Assembly (NCBI GenBank): GCA_002347965.1
Contig: DDYN01000031.1
Location: forward strand, 20,177-84,176
Reading direction: 5' to 3'
Length of the DNA: 64,000 bases
DNA from: Nitrospirae bacterium UBA2233
Lineage (GTDB): Bacteria; UBA2233
Translations under genes and position numbers: made by a program
The notes under the pieces: generated by a model
The model's database searches: none
Told to the model about the DNA's origin: nothing
What the model saw: only the letters and a program-made list of their open reading frames with translations
In this document: positions 21,705 through 31,323 of the stretch, in pieces
Numbering within the stretch: position 1 is the first letter of the stretch
Layout: each line of letters starts with the position of its first letter

Positions 21705-22703
21705 TTAACGCCGAACCTCCATGATGGCGCTGAGCTTGAACCCAGCACCGACCGCCGGCACGTTTGTTTCAAAAACGGAAAAAAGCTGGTCGTAGCGGCC
21801 GCCCAAGGCAATCAGCTGAGGAAAGCCCTCCGCATAGACCTCGAAGAACAGCCCTGTATAGTAGGCGTGCTTCGGAGTGGCACCATAGTCTAGCTCGATG
21901 CATGCCTCAGCTTCGGGAAGGACGTCTTCTAATGCCTTAAAGAGCCCCTCGACCCGCAGAAGGCTCTTTTGAAGCGGCCTCCAGGGGGAGGGAAAATCCC
22001 GTCCTTTGAGCGCATCCCTGGAGCTTACGAAGAAAGGCAGGTTAATGAGAGTACCCTTAGTTTCCTGGTCTACAGGAAGCTTCTCGACGATCACCTCGAG
22101 AGCCTCAAGATTCCTTTGACGCCACGCACACCAGAACGCATGGCGGGTAGTGCTATCTTGAAAAGGAAGCGCAAGAAGGGACCTAACGAAAGCGGCATCC
22201 CCTATGTACACCTTGAAACGCTTAAAACCCATGGCTTTTAAGGAGAGACAAACCGCCCCTAGGACCTCTGCATCAGCCCTGATCCCTGCCTCGCCGATCA
22301 GCTCGGCCCCGCCTTGGTGCTCCTCGAGCCTCGAGCCGCCCCCATCATGGCCAAACGTGGGTCCTAAATAAAGCAAACGCATAGGAAGCTGGACGAATTT
22401 CAGGCGAGAGGCTACAAGCCTCGCTATTTGCGGGGTAAAGTCCTGCCTTAGCGCAAGCAGCCTTCCCGTGACTGGCTCCAAGAAGCCAAAGATGCCCGCG
22501 GGCAACTCGTCTTTGCGAGCATCGGTCAGGAAAGTGTCGAGGTATTCAATTGTCGGAAGAACGACCTCTTGGTATCCTAACCGGCCGAAATCCTGCCTGA
22601 TCGCGCCTTCCAATTCCCGCAACCCCTTCGCTCCTTCGGGCAAGAGATCGCAAACCCCCTCGGGCAGCAAAGGAACAAGCCTGGCAGGCTGAGACCCGCT
22701 CAT
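21705..22703 (-). CDS. hisZ: ATP phosphoribosyltransferase regulatory subunit (HisRS paralog)
   Basis: 332 aa class-II aaRS-like core without an anticodon domain. Conserved hisZ-purA adjacency. Confidence 0.8.
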   Translation of the reverse strand: MSGSQPARLVPLLPEGVCDLLPEGAKGLRELEGAIRQDFGRLGYQEVVLPTIEYLDTFLTDARKDELPAGIFGFLEPVTGRLLALRQDFTPQIARLVASRLKFVQLPMRLLYLGPTFGHDGGGSRLEEHQGGAELIGEAGIRADAEVLGAVCLSLKAMGFKRFKVYIGDAAFVRSLLALPFQDSTTRHAFWCAWRQRNLEALEVIVEKLPVDQETKGTLINLPFFVSSRDALKGRDFPSPWRPLQKSLLRVEGLFKALEDVLPEAEACIELDYGATPKHAYYTGLFFEVYAEGFPQLIALGGRYDQLFSVFETNVPAVGAGFKLSAIMEVRR

Positions 22704-24304
22704 TTAAAGCGGACAACCTTGGCCCGGATGATGTCGGGCATCTGCCGGATCCTTTCGAGCAAATGAGCCGGAATATCGTTGTCGACGTGGTAGAGCGCGT
22801 ATGCCCGGCCGCCGCTTTCCTCCCTTCCCAGCATAAGGCCCGCGATATTAACGCTTTCCTTCCCGAGCTCCGAACCGATTCTACCGACAACACCCGGCAC
22901 GTCGCGGTTTTCTAGGAATAGAATGAACCCGGCCGGGGAAAATTCTAGCTGAAACTCTCCCATGCGCACAACCCGGGGGTTGTTTTTGCCGAACACGGTC
23001 CCTTCTGCGCGAAATTCCCGGGAACCGTCCCGGACGTTCACGGCGATCAGGCTCGTGTATTCCGTGCTCTGCGAGTTGCTCGCTTCGACGACCTCGATGC
23101 CGCGTTCTTTGGCTAGATAAGGCGCGCTCACCTCGTTGACCTTCTCGCCGAGCATGAACCCAAGGAATGTCTTAAGAAACGCGGAAGTCAGGATGGCTAC
23201 GGGCATGGAGGCAAGCTCGCCCCTGTATTCGAGCCTAACGCTTTGGACAGGCCCTTCCCACAATTGGCCCATGAGCTCGCCAAGCTTGACGGAAAGCCCC
23301 TGAAAAGGCTCGATGCGCAGGGCGACCTCCGGAGGGACGGCTGGGAAGTTCACGGCGTTGCGCAAAATCCCCTTCTCGAGGTAATCGGCGATCTGCTGGG
23401 CGATCCCTAACGCTACGTTACGCTGGGCCTCCTTCGTCGCAGCCCCGATGTGGGGGGTCATGACCACGTTGTCCATCGACCGGAAAGGGTGCTCCTTGGG
23501 AAGCGGCTCTTGCTCGAACACGTCCATCCCGGCTCCGGCGACGATCCCCTCTTCAAGCGCCCAAAGAAGGTCTTTTTCGACGACGATCCCGCCGCGGGCC
23601 GCGTTGATCAGGAGGACCCCGCGCTTCATGCGTTCAAAAGCGCTCCTGGCGATGAGCCCGCGCGTTGCGTCCGTCATGGGGGTATGAATCGTGATTACAT
23701 CGGACCTGGAAAGAAGCGTGTCCAGGTCTACGAGCGTTGCGTTGTAGGGTCTAGCCAGGTCTTGGGTAAGATAAGGGTCGAAGGCTATCACCTCCATCCC
23801 AAACCCGGAAGCCTTCGTGGCGACGATCTTCCCGATATTGCCCAACCCTACGATACCCAGCGTCTTTTGCTCGAGCTCGACGCCAAGAAAGCGGCTCTTG
23901 TCCCAAAGCCCGGAATGCATGGACATGTTGGCCTGAGGAATGTTCTTGGCCAGGGCAAGAAGGAGCGCGAGCGCATGCTCTGCAGTCGTGGTCGTGTTCT
24001 CGGAGGGGGTGTTCATCACGAGTATACCCCGCCTCGTAGCTTCGGCCATGTCGATGTTGTCTACTCCAATCCCTGCCCTTCCTATCAGCTTGAGCCTGGG
24101 AGCGTGTTCGAGAAGCTCTTTGTCCACCTTCGTGGCGCTTCTTACGACGAGCGCGTCCACGTTGGCGATTTTCTCCTTAAGCTCCTCCCGAGAGAGCTTC
24201 TTGATCGCCTCGGTACGGAGCACATCCGAGCCCTTAAGAATCTCGATTCCGCTCTCTTCAAGCCCGTCCAAAACAAGAACGTTCCATGTTGGCATGCTGG
24301 CCAC
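22700..24304 (-). CDS. serA: D-3-phosphoglycerate dehydrogenase (long form with ASB and ACT domains)
   Basis: 534 aa; 2-hydroxyacid dehydrogenase NAD motif GIVGLGNIGKIVA, and a C-terminal ACT domain. Confidence 0.9.
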   Translation of the reverse strand: MASMPTWNVLVLDGLEESGIEILKGSDVLRTEAIKKLSREELKEKIANVDALVVRSATKVDKELLEHAPRLKLIGRAGIGVDNIDMAEATRRGILVMNTPSENTTTTAEHALALLLALAKNIPQANMSMHSGLWDKSRFLGVELEQKTLGIVGLGNIGKIVATKASGFGMEVIAFDPYLTQDLARPYNATLVDLDTLLSRSDVITIHTPMTDATRGLIARSAFERMKRGVLLINAARGGIVVEKDLLWALEEGIVAGAGMDVFEQEPLPKEHPFRSMDNVVMTPHIGAATKEAQRNVALGIAQQIADYLEKGILRNAVNFPAVPPEVALRIEPFQGLSVKLGELMGQLWEGPVQSVRLEYRGELASMPVAILTSAFLKTFLGFMLGEKVNEVSAPYLAKERGIEVVEASNSQSTEYTSLIAVNVRDGSREFRAEGTVFGKNNPRVVRMGEFQLEFSPAGFILFLENRDVPGVVGRIGSELGKESVNIAGLMLGREESGGRAYALYHVDNDIPAHLLERIRQMPDIIRAKVVRFK

Positions 24305-24329
24305 CTTGTTTGTATGTTTATTCCCCCAC

Positions 24330-25496
24330 CTACACCTCTTTCAGGAAGCCTGCCTCAAGAAAGGCCTGCTCCGCAATCCCTACGGCCTTTCCGGGCTCAA
24401 CGCGTACACCGAAGCGCGCAAGGCCAAGCTCCAGGGCTGCAATGGCAAGTAGCGTATCCAACTCTGAAAGGTAGCCTATGTGGGCCATTCGTACGACCTT
24501 GCCCTTAAACTTGTCCTGCCCTCCTGCGAACGTAATGCCCGCTTGGTCCCTAAGCGCCTTTACGAGTTTTTCGCCTGGCACGCCATCCGGAAGAATAACG
24601 CCCGTAAGCGCGGGGCTCGGCGCATCTTTGGCTAGCAACTCCAGACCAACCCCCTCAAAGGCGAGCCTTGTGGCCGTCGAAAGCAGGGCCGTGTGGGCAA
24701 ACAACGCTTCAAGCCCTTTTTGGCGGATATGCTCGAGAGCCACCCTAAGGCCGATAACGAGCGATACGGCCGGCGTATAGGCGCTCGTACGGTCTTTAAG
24801 CGCCTTTCTTTCTTTGGCCAGGTTAAAATAATAGCGGGGAAGGTCGGACCGCTTGTTCCTCGCCCACGCCTTTTCCGAAAGTGCAATAAAGGCAAGACCC
24901 GGCGGAATCATGAATGCCTTCTGGGAGCCGGACAAAAGAACGTCGAGTTTGAGCGTATCGAAGGGAATGTCGAACACGCCCACGCCCGTGATGCCGTCGA
25001 CTATCAGCAGCGTGTCCTCCTTTGGGGAGACGATTTTGGCCAGCTCCTCGATCGGGTGGCGGACTGCGGTCGATGTCTCCGTCGCCTGAACGAGCACTCC
25101 TTTGATGTCCGGCTCAACTCTAAGCGCCTCTTCGACCTGGCCGGGGTCTACAGCCTTCCCCCACTCGACGTCGATACAAACAACCTCCAGGCCGTAGGCC
25201 TTGGCGATGTCCCTCCATCGTTCGCCGAACTTCCCGCCGACAACGGCTAGAACTTTCTCCCCTTTAGCAAAAAGGTTGCTGATGGAGGCTTCCATCGCGC
25301 CCGTCCCCGAGCTTGACAGAATAAGCACGTCCTCTTTGGTTTGGAACAGGAATTTCAGCCCCTCTGCCGCTTCCTCGAAGATTTTGCTGAACTCCGGCGT
25401 CCTGTGGTGCACGAGGCTTTTTGCCATGGCAAGCATGGCGTCGTCCATCGTCTGCGTCGGCCCGGGGGAGAACAGGTAGTTCTTCTTAATAAACAT
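24330..25496 (-). CDS. Class-V aminotransferase (SGAT/archaeal-type phosphoserine aminotransferase-like)
   Basis: 388 aa; PLP-Lys context SGSQKAF. Adjacent to serA, which suggests a phosphoserine aminotransferase role. Confidence 0.75.
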   Translation of the reverse strand: MFIKKNYLFSPGPTQTMDDAMLAMAKSLVHHRTPEFSKIFEEAAEGLKFLFQTKEDVLILSSSGTGAMEASISNLFAKGEKVLAVVGGKFGERWRDIAKAYGLEVVCIDVEWGKAVDPGQVEEALRVEPDIKGVLVQATETSTAVRHPIEELAKIVSPKEDTLLIVDGITGVGVFDIPFDTLKLDVLLSGSQKAFMIPPGLAFIALSEKAWARNKRSDLPRYYFNLAKERKALKDRTSAYTPAVSLVIGLRVALEHIRQKGLEALFAHTALLSTATRLAFEGVGLELLAKDAPSPALTGVILPDGVPGEKLVKALRDQAGITFAGGQDKFKGKVVRMAHIGYLSELDTLLAIAALELGLARFGVRVEPGKAVGIAEQAFLEAGFLKEV

Positions 25497-25529
25497 GCAC
25501 GCATCTCCTTTTTTGGGAGTTTTCTGGTT

Positions 25530-27029
25530 TTAGAAGCACGTAGAAGAAGAAGCTGGAATGGCCCGATCATGCGCCCATTTCTTGATTGCCTTGATCTGCT
25601 CGAACATCGTGACGGAAAGCGGCACGAAGGAGCCGATCGAACGGTATATGTCGGCCTCGGAAACCTCCCTAGCCTCCGCAAGCCCTTCGATAAGGGCCTG
25701 CTTGACCACCTGCTCGATCTCCGCCCCGCTGAACCCCTTTCCCGCCTCGGCAAGGTTCTCCGCATCAAACCCTGATGGGTTTATGCCAAACCGCTCGAGC
25801 TGGATGCGGAAAATTTCCTTTCGTTCTGCAAAATCCGGCAGATCGAGGAAAAAGACGTCATCAAACCGGCCCCGCCTCAGGATTTCCGCGGGCAACATCA
25901 TGATCCTGTTTGCCGTTGCCACGACAAAGATCCGGGAGCGTCGTTCCTGCATCCACGTAAGAAAGCTCGCCGAAATGCGGGATGAGGAAGACCCGCCCGC
26001 GTCAATCCCCGAGACGAACCCTTTTTCAATCTCATCCACCCACAGGACGCAGGGTTCGAGGTTCTCCAGCTCATCGATCGTCCTAAGAAACACCGTATCG
26101 GGGCTATCCTGATCGCTTTGCTGCGCAAACAACGCCGACAACTCGAGCCTCAAGAGCGGAAGCTCGAAGATGCCCGCGGCAACCTTGGCACAAAGACTCT
26201 TTCCCGTCCCTGCAACGCCCATGAGTAGAACCCCCTTTGGGACAAGAAACTCCCCCGCCGCCTCGGGAGGATGAAAAAACAACGGCCTCCTTTTCACGAG
26301 CCAGCCTTTAAAGCGGTCCAAACCGCCGACTTTCGAGAGGTCGACGTCCGGTTCGACATAACTGAGCGCACCCGACCTTTTGAACACCCGAACCTTCTCT
26401 CTGGCCAACGTCTGGAGAAACGCCGCCTTTGTCTTCCCCGTTGAGAGCGCCAGCCGAAAGGCCAAAAGCGCCTCATGCTCCAACAGTCCTTTCAACACCA
26501 AGCAGGCTTGCCTCTTAGCGTCTTCATCGAGCACTGCTACCAAAGGGTTGGCCGCATTCTCGCCGCTTAGGACGTCTTCAAGAAGGCGCAAAAGCTCCTG
26601 CACCCCGGGCGAGGGAAGAAGCGCCGGAACGGCAAACCGCTCCAACTCTCTGGGCGGATGCTGGAGATCGGACACGACAATGAGCGATTTTTTCTTGGAT
26701 AGCAGCTCCGGGTATGCGCTTCGAACGCGCAGGGCCCAACCAAGAAGGTCTTTCCTGTCCGGCCCGAGGACGACCAGCACGCTGGCCTCGGGATGTCCAA
26801 AAAACCCCTCGAGCACCTCCTCAAACCCGGACACGGAACCGCAGTCTTGGTGGGCATACCTAAGCGTCCCGCCCAACGGCTCGTAGGTCCAGAAAGCACA
26901 GCTTGACCCGATGAGCCGCAGGGCCCTCTGTTCTTCCAGCGTGAAGACCCATACCAACGGGTGGCCAGCCCCTAGAAGCTCCCCGAGCTTCTGAATAAAT
27001 TCCTCGCTACCTTGAGCTAAGATTCTCAT
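25530..27029 (-). CDS. AAA+ ATPase with an uncharacterised ~260-aa N-terminal domain (start at internal MRILAQ...)
   Basis: Walker A GVAGTGKS; Walker B VLWVDEIEKG; second region of homology ATANRIMMLPAEILRRGRFDDVFFLDLP. The N-domain has no recognisable motif. Divergent from the GGDEF sensor gene. Confidence 0.7.
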   Translation of the reverse strand: MRILAQGSEEFIQKLGELLGAGHPLVWVFTLEEQRALRLIGSSCAFWTYEPLGGTLRYAHQDCGSVSGFEEVLEGFFGHPEASVLVVLGPDRKDLLGWALRVRSAYPELLSKKKSLIVVSDLQHPPRELERFAVPALLPSPGVQELLRLLEDVLSGENAANPLVAVLDEDAKRQACLVLKGLLEHEALLAFRLALSTGKTKAAFLQTLAREKVRVFKRSGALSYVEPDVDLSKVGGLDRFKGWLVKRRPLFFHPPEAAGEFLVPKGVLLMGVAGTGKSLCAKVAAGIFELPLLRLELSALFAQQSDQDSPDTVFLRTIDELENLEPCVLWVDEIEKGFVSGIDAGGSSSSRISASFLTWMQERRSRIFVVATANRIMMLPAEILRRGRFDDVFFLDLPDFAERKEIFRIQLERFGINPSGFDAENLAEAGKGFSGAEIEQVVKQALIEGLAEAREVSEADIYRSIGSFVPLSVTMFEQIKAIKKWAHDRAIPASSSTCF

Positions 27030-27088
27030 GGTTCCCTCTGTTTCTATCCTATACCTACGCCTCGTCGTATAGGCAAAAAAACCGGCCC

Positions 27089-29389
27089 ATGAACCGCGAA
27101 AATGCCGTCTTTCATGGTACAATGAACGCCAGGTTGTTCATTTCGGGTCGAAAAGCTATGACCTATGCCTTCCTTCGAAGTGTTCGGTCTAGACTGCTGA
27201 TGGCATTCTTGCTGACCGCGGCAACCCCCCTTTTGTTGCTGAGCATCCTTTTTTACGCCGGCTTCAAAGAAGAGATGCAAGCCATCCAAACCGACACCCG
27301 CAGGCAGGTTTGGGATAGTTTGACCGAACGCGCCCATGAAAGCGTTGAATCCGCCCAGCGGCTCGCACAGACAAAGCTTCTTTATTGGCGAGAAAGGCTG
27401 GAAGCGATCGCATCGCTCGCAAGCAACATTTACCTCCACCCGAAAAACTACAAAAGAGTGCCTCTCTTATGGAGCCCCCTTGACTTTTTCTTCTCGAGTA
27501 ACGAGGGTAACCCCGATGTCGGCCTCATTTACTCCCCATCCTCCAAGAACATCCTTTCTCCCTCCCACTTCTCTAGATTCTCCTACGTTGCCCCCCTTTT
27601 GGCAAGCGTCTATGAAGGCGGAGATATTCAAAACGTCTGGATAGTGCTAAAAAACCGGGCATACATCATCTACCCCGGTGTAAACCACGAGCGGCTTGCT
27701 AAAGAGGGGAAATTGGACCTCAAGACGATTACAACCCCTGAACCTTCGGGCGCTATCACCGATTTTTCCGAAGGTGAGAGCGCACGACTAGACCCAGTTT
27801 ACCTCGATGTTTACGGGGGCGGTTACCTCTCCTGTTTTCGCGTTCCGATTCGTTCGGCTAACAAAACTCTAGGGGCCGTTGCGATCGACATCGTGCCGGA
27901 AAAGCTCCTGGAGGCGTTCGACGTCGAGATGCTGATCGACCCAAAAGGCCATATTATTGCCAAAGGAAGGCCTGTCCGGGGAGGGGTGGACCCTTCTCTT
28001 CGCCGTAAAGCAGGAACACCGTTAACCCTTAAGGATTCCGGGCTCAAGCTTGTGGATGGGGTTAAATACCAACAGGGCCGATTCGTCGCTCTCAAGCCGC
28101 TAAAGGGGCTTGGAGCTGGATGGTGGGTTTCCAAGGTCGAGGACCCAAAGGCTCTGTCGAAAGGACTCTTTGACCCCACGTTCCTCAAACGCTCGAGAGA
28201 AAGGTTTTTAGCCTACATCCGGAACGTCTTCATCCTCGCGCTGTTCTTGTCTTTCGTACTGACGTTCACTATTAGCGGCCGCATTCTAGAGATGTTCGAG
28301 CGGATCCGAAGGAACCTCCTGCTTATCGCCGAGCGCAAGTTCGAAAGGGTACCCAGGTCCAAACAAGCCGGCCGGAAAGACGGGGATGAACTCTCTAAGC
28401 TTCTTGCCATTACTTCGGAGTGCGCGACCCTCATCTCTAAACAGATTCAAGACATCGAGGCTTTTTCAAGCCTCGATCCTTTAACCAGGCTGTTCAACCG
28501 TAGGCCCATCTACGCGATCATGGCATCAAAACCGAGAAAAGGCGCCATGGTCTTGCTAGACATCGACCACTTTAAGCACGTCAACGACACCTATGGGCAC
28601 GCGCTCGGCGATGCCGTGATCGAGCACATTGGCCAGGCTCTTCGGGCAAACACACGCGACGGCGACATGGCGGTTCGCTGGGGCGGGGAAGAATTCCTCG
28701 TTTACCTTCCGCGCACGACCAAAGAAGATGCCGCGCTCATCGCAGAAAGAATAAGACGCAAGGTGGCCCTAGATCCGGTCGAGGGCATTTTCGTCACGAT
28801 AAGCCTTGGCGTGGCGGATGGAACGCTCAGCCACCAGTTGATCAAACAAGCAGACGAGGCGCTGTACAAAGCCAAGCAGGCTGGAAGAAACTTGGTCATG
28901 GTCTACGAAGACGGCAATTTGCTCGAGGTTTCGAGGGCACTCCATAACATCTTGGTTTCTTCGGCCTACTTGCCCAAAAGGATAGGTGACGAACAAGGCA
29001 CCCCTAGGCCTTCCTTGTGGCTTCGAATTCCTGTAGTCTTTCAGCTTGGACAAGCACTATCCGTACTCAAAAAGCTGGGATACCGTCTAAACGTGATCAA
29101 CGGGGTTTTTCCGGACATACCTATTGAGCAGCTCAAACAAGGCCCATTTTTTTGTGAGCGATGCAACCAAGAAGGCTTAGGTGTAGGCGTTTTGCTCGTG
29201 GATAACGCCGGAGTCGTCTCTATGCCTAAGGGCTTCTCGCTTCAAAGCTGCGAGCCTCCAAGCCAGGACGGTTCGACGAACATTTTATTGATGAACATTT
29301 TAAAGGACATCCTCGAAGCCCACGGGTTCATCATGCCAAACCCAAGCCAGCCGTGGCACTTTGAGCTCCCCAACATGGATCAGCTCTAA
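27089..29389 (+). CDS. Membrane-anchored sensor diguanylate cyclase (TM, periplasmic sensor, HAMP-like region, GGDEF) with a degenerate VanY/peptidase-M15-like C-terminal tail. The start could instead be 27122 or 27158.
   Basis: TM helix LLMAFLLTAATPLLLLSILFYAG; GGDEF domain with RWGGEEFLVYLP active-site motif and RLFNRRPIY... I-site context. After the GGDEF there are ~160 aa ending ...LKDILEAHGFIMPNPSQPWHFELPN, resembling the YGFI..YP...EPWH.RYVG C-terminus of M15B enzymes. Confidence 0.8.
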   Translation: MNRENAVFHGTMNARLFISGRKAMTYAFLRSVRSRLLMAFLLTAATPLLLLSILFYAGFKEEMQAIQTDTRRQVWDSLTERAHESVESAQRLAQTKLLYWRERLEAIASLASNIYLHPKNYKRVPLLWSPLDFFFSSNEGNPDVGLIYSPSSKNILSPSHFSRFSYVAPLLASVYEGGDIQNVWIVLKNRAYIIYPGVNHERLAKEGKLDLKTITTPEPSGAITDFSEGESARLDPVYLDVYGGGYLSCFRVPIRSANKTLGAVAIDIVPEKLLEAFDVEMLIDPKGHIIAKGRPVRGGVDPSLRRKAGTPLTLKDSGLKLVDGVKYQQGRFVALKPLKGLGAGWWVSKVEDPKALSKGLFDPTFLKRSRERFLAYIRNVFILALFLSFVLTFTISGRILEMFERIRRNLLLIAERKFERVPRSKQAGRKDGDELSKLLAITSECATLISKQIQDIEAFSSLDPLTRLFNRRPIYAIMASKPRKGAMVLLDIDHFKHVNDTYGHALGDAVIEHIGQALRANTRDGDMAVRWGGEEFLVYLPRTTKEDAALIAERIRRKVALDPVEGIFVTISLGVADGTLSHQLIKQADEALYKAKQAGRNLVMVYEDGNLLEVSRALHNILVSSAYLPKRIGDEQGTPRPSLWLRIPVVFQLGQALSVLKKLGYRLNVINGVFPDIPIEQLKQGPFFCERCNQEGLGVGVLLVDNAGVVSMPKGFSLQSCEPPSQDGSTNILLMNILKDILEAHGFIMPNPSQPWHFELPNMDQL

Positions 29390-30411
29390 TGGCACGGCTT
29401 GTTCTGACCGTCAACCTTTGTACCGTAGCGGAGAATATAAGGCGGATCGCTCGCGCCACAGAGCGCCGGCTGATCGCCGTGCTGAAGGCCGACGCCTACG
29501 GCATGGGGGCAACAAGCCTGGCCCGCCAGCTCGAAGCAATGACGGAAGTGTTCGGCTTTGCCGTTTCGTGTCCGCTTGAAGGGGTCGTATTGCGGAAGGC
29601 TAAGATCGTCAAGCCCATCCTCGTGCTTACGGGAATCTTGCCTGGCGAGCTAAACTTAATCGAACGTTGGCGTCTTACCCCGGTTGTTTCGGACCCGGCG
29701 CATCTCCTTACGCTAAAAGACAGCACCCTCCCCTACCACGTCAAGTATGATACTGGAATGGGTAGGCTCGGTTTCTTGTCCCCTCAAAACCACGACCCTA
29801 GAATCTGCGGCGTCATGTCGCACCTTTCCTCGGCTGGCACGGATTCGGACTACACGAAAGAACAAATTGAGCGGTTCGAGGGCTTTTTAGGAGCACACGG
29901 CCCGCTTCCCTTCGTCCACCTGCAAAACTCCGCGGGTATCGCCTTCAAGGTACCTCGGGCAAACCTTGTACGCGTAGGGCTAGCGATGTTTGGCGAACAG
30001 CCTGCCGAGCCGTTCCCGGTGCAGCTCTCTTACGCCCTAGAACTCAAGGCTAGAGTCGTTTCGGTAAAGACGCTCGCCAAGGGCTCGAGCGTTTCCTACA
30101 ACCGCTCGTGCGTCCTTTCAGAAGACGTCCAGATTGCCGTGGTGAACATCGGTTATGCCGACGGGCTTACGAGGGCCCTGTCCAACAAGGGATTCTTGCT
30201 TGTGCATGGCAAGCCGGCCCGGGTCCTGGGGGACATTACGATGGACATGGTGCTTATCGATACAACGGGAATGGATGTGCGCGTGGGAGATTGGGTTGTC
30301 GTAGTCGACGCATCCCAAACTTTCGGAGCCCTGGCAAGGCTTGCAGGAACAATACCCTACGAGCTAATGTGCAACCTATCTTCAAGGACAAGGCGTGTCT
30401 ACAGGCGCTGA
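29389..30411 (+). CDS. alr: Alanine racemase (short, 340 aa)
   Basis: PLP-lysine motif AVLKADAYGMG near the N-terminus; C-terminal beta-domain. The start overlaps the upstream stop as TAATG (29387-29391). Confidence 0.85.
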   Translation: MARLVLTVNLCTVAENIRRIARATERRLIAVLKADAYGMGATSLARQLEAMTEVFGFAVSCPLEGVVLRKAKIVKPILVLTGILPGELNLIERWRLTPVVSDPAHLLTLKDSTLPYHVKYDTGMGRLGFLSPQNHDPRICGVMSHLSSAGTDSDYTKEQIERFEGFLGAHGPLPFVHLQNSAGIAFKVPRANLVRVGLAMFGEQPAEPFPVQLSYALELKARVVSVKTLAKGSSVSYNRSCVLSEDVQIAVVNIGYADGLTRALSNKGFLLVHGKPARVLGDITMDMVLIDTTGMDVRVGDWVVVVDASQTFGALARLAGTIPYELMCNLSSRTRRVYRR

Positions 30412-30837
30412 AACAGCCCCCCCGTTCTCGGACATCCCCCTGTACGCCGCATCCAACAGGCCGTTCACGAACGCGGGAGATTGCTCAGCACCAAACACCT
30501 TGGCAAGCTCGATCGCCTCGTCAATCGCCACCTTGGGAGGCGTTTTGGTGCGCTCCGGATAGGTCAGCTCGAACAGGGCCAGCCTAAGAATACACAGGTC
30601 GACCAGGCCGATCCGGTGTAGCGGCCAGTTGCGGGAAATTCCCCCGATCGTACAGTCGAGGGCCTGCTTGTTGTCGATGGTACCATGGACCAAAAGCTCG
30701 AAAAACGGGTCTTCGTCTTCTTTCGGGAAAAAGGCCTTCAGGGTACGCTCAACGAACCCCCCCAAGTCGGCCTCCTTCGCGACCGTCAGCCCGTAAAGCA
30801 GCTGGAAGGCCTGAATGCGGGCTTTGTGCCTTGTCAC
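30382..30837 (-). CDS. nusB: Transcription antitermination factor NusB
   Basis: 151 aa; MTRHKARIQAFQLLYG..., all-helical NusB signature. The 3' end overlaps the convergent alr by 30 nt. Confidence 0.9.
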   Translation of the reverse strand: MTRHKARIQAFQLLYGLTVAKEADLGGFVERTLKAFFPKEDEDPFFELLVHGTIDNKQALDCTIGGISRNWPLHRIGLVDLCILRLALFELTYPERTKTPPKVAIDEAIELAKVFGAEQSPAFVNGLLDAAYRGMSENGGAVSAPVDTPCP

Positions 30838-31323
30838 CTAAGCCAAGCCATCCTTGAGGTGTTTTTTAAGCGTTGCCATTTCTACGGCGGCAAGCGCCGC
30901 TTGGTACCCCTTGTTCCCATGCTTAGAGCCGGAGCGCTCGATGGCCTGTTCGAGCGAGTCTGCCGTAACGATGCCGAACGCTACTGGAAGCCGAAATTCG
31001 CGCATCACCTGACCAATGCCCCGGGTCACCTCGGCGCTGATATACTCAAAATGTGGCGTTGCACCGCGAACAAGCACTCCAAGCGCGATAATGGCATCGA
31101 ACCTGCCGGTCTGAGCAAGCTCTCTAACATAAAGCGGGACTTCATAGCTGCCTGGCACCTTCACCACGACAACGTCTTCCTTACTGACTCGGCACTGCCT
31201 TAAGGCCTCGAGGGCACCTTCGAGCAGGCGAAGCGAGAACAGCTCGTTGAACCTGGAGGCCACGAGCCCGAATTTTAGGCCTTCCCCGCTAAGATGGCCT
31301 TCAAACGTCTTTACCGTCTCCAT
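30838..31323 (-). CDS. ribH: 6,7-dimethyl-8-ribityllumazine synthase
   Basis: 161 aa; [11 protein letters not shown]..., [16 protein letters not shown] motifs. Confidence 0.9.
   Translation of the reverse strand: METVKTFEGHLSGEGLKFGLVASRFNELFSLRLLEGALEALRQCRVSKEDVVVVKVPGSYEVPLYVRELAQTGRFDAIIALGVLVRGATPHFEYISAEVTRGIGQVMREFRLPVAFGIVTADSLEQAIERSGSKHGNKGYQAALAAVEMATLKKHLKDGLA

Noticed and set aside
21660-21725. Apparent 1-nt frame discrepancy between the printed sequence and the purA/overlapping ORF translations
   Set aside because: Most likely my own character counting of the printed lines (the ORF track is self-consistent at both ends of purA); not treated as a biological frameshift or pseudogene.
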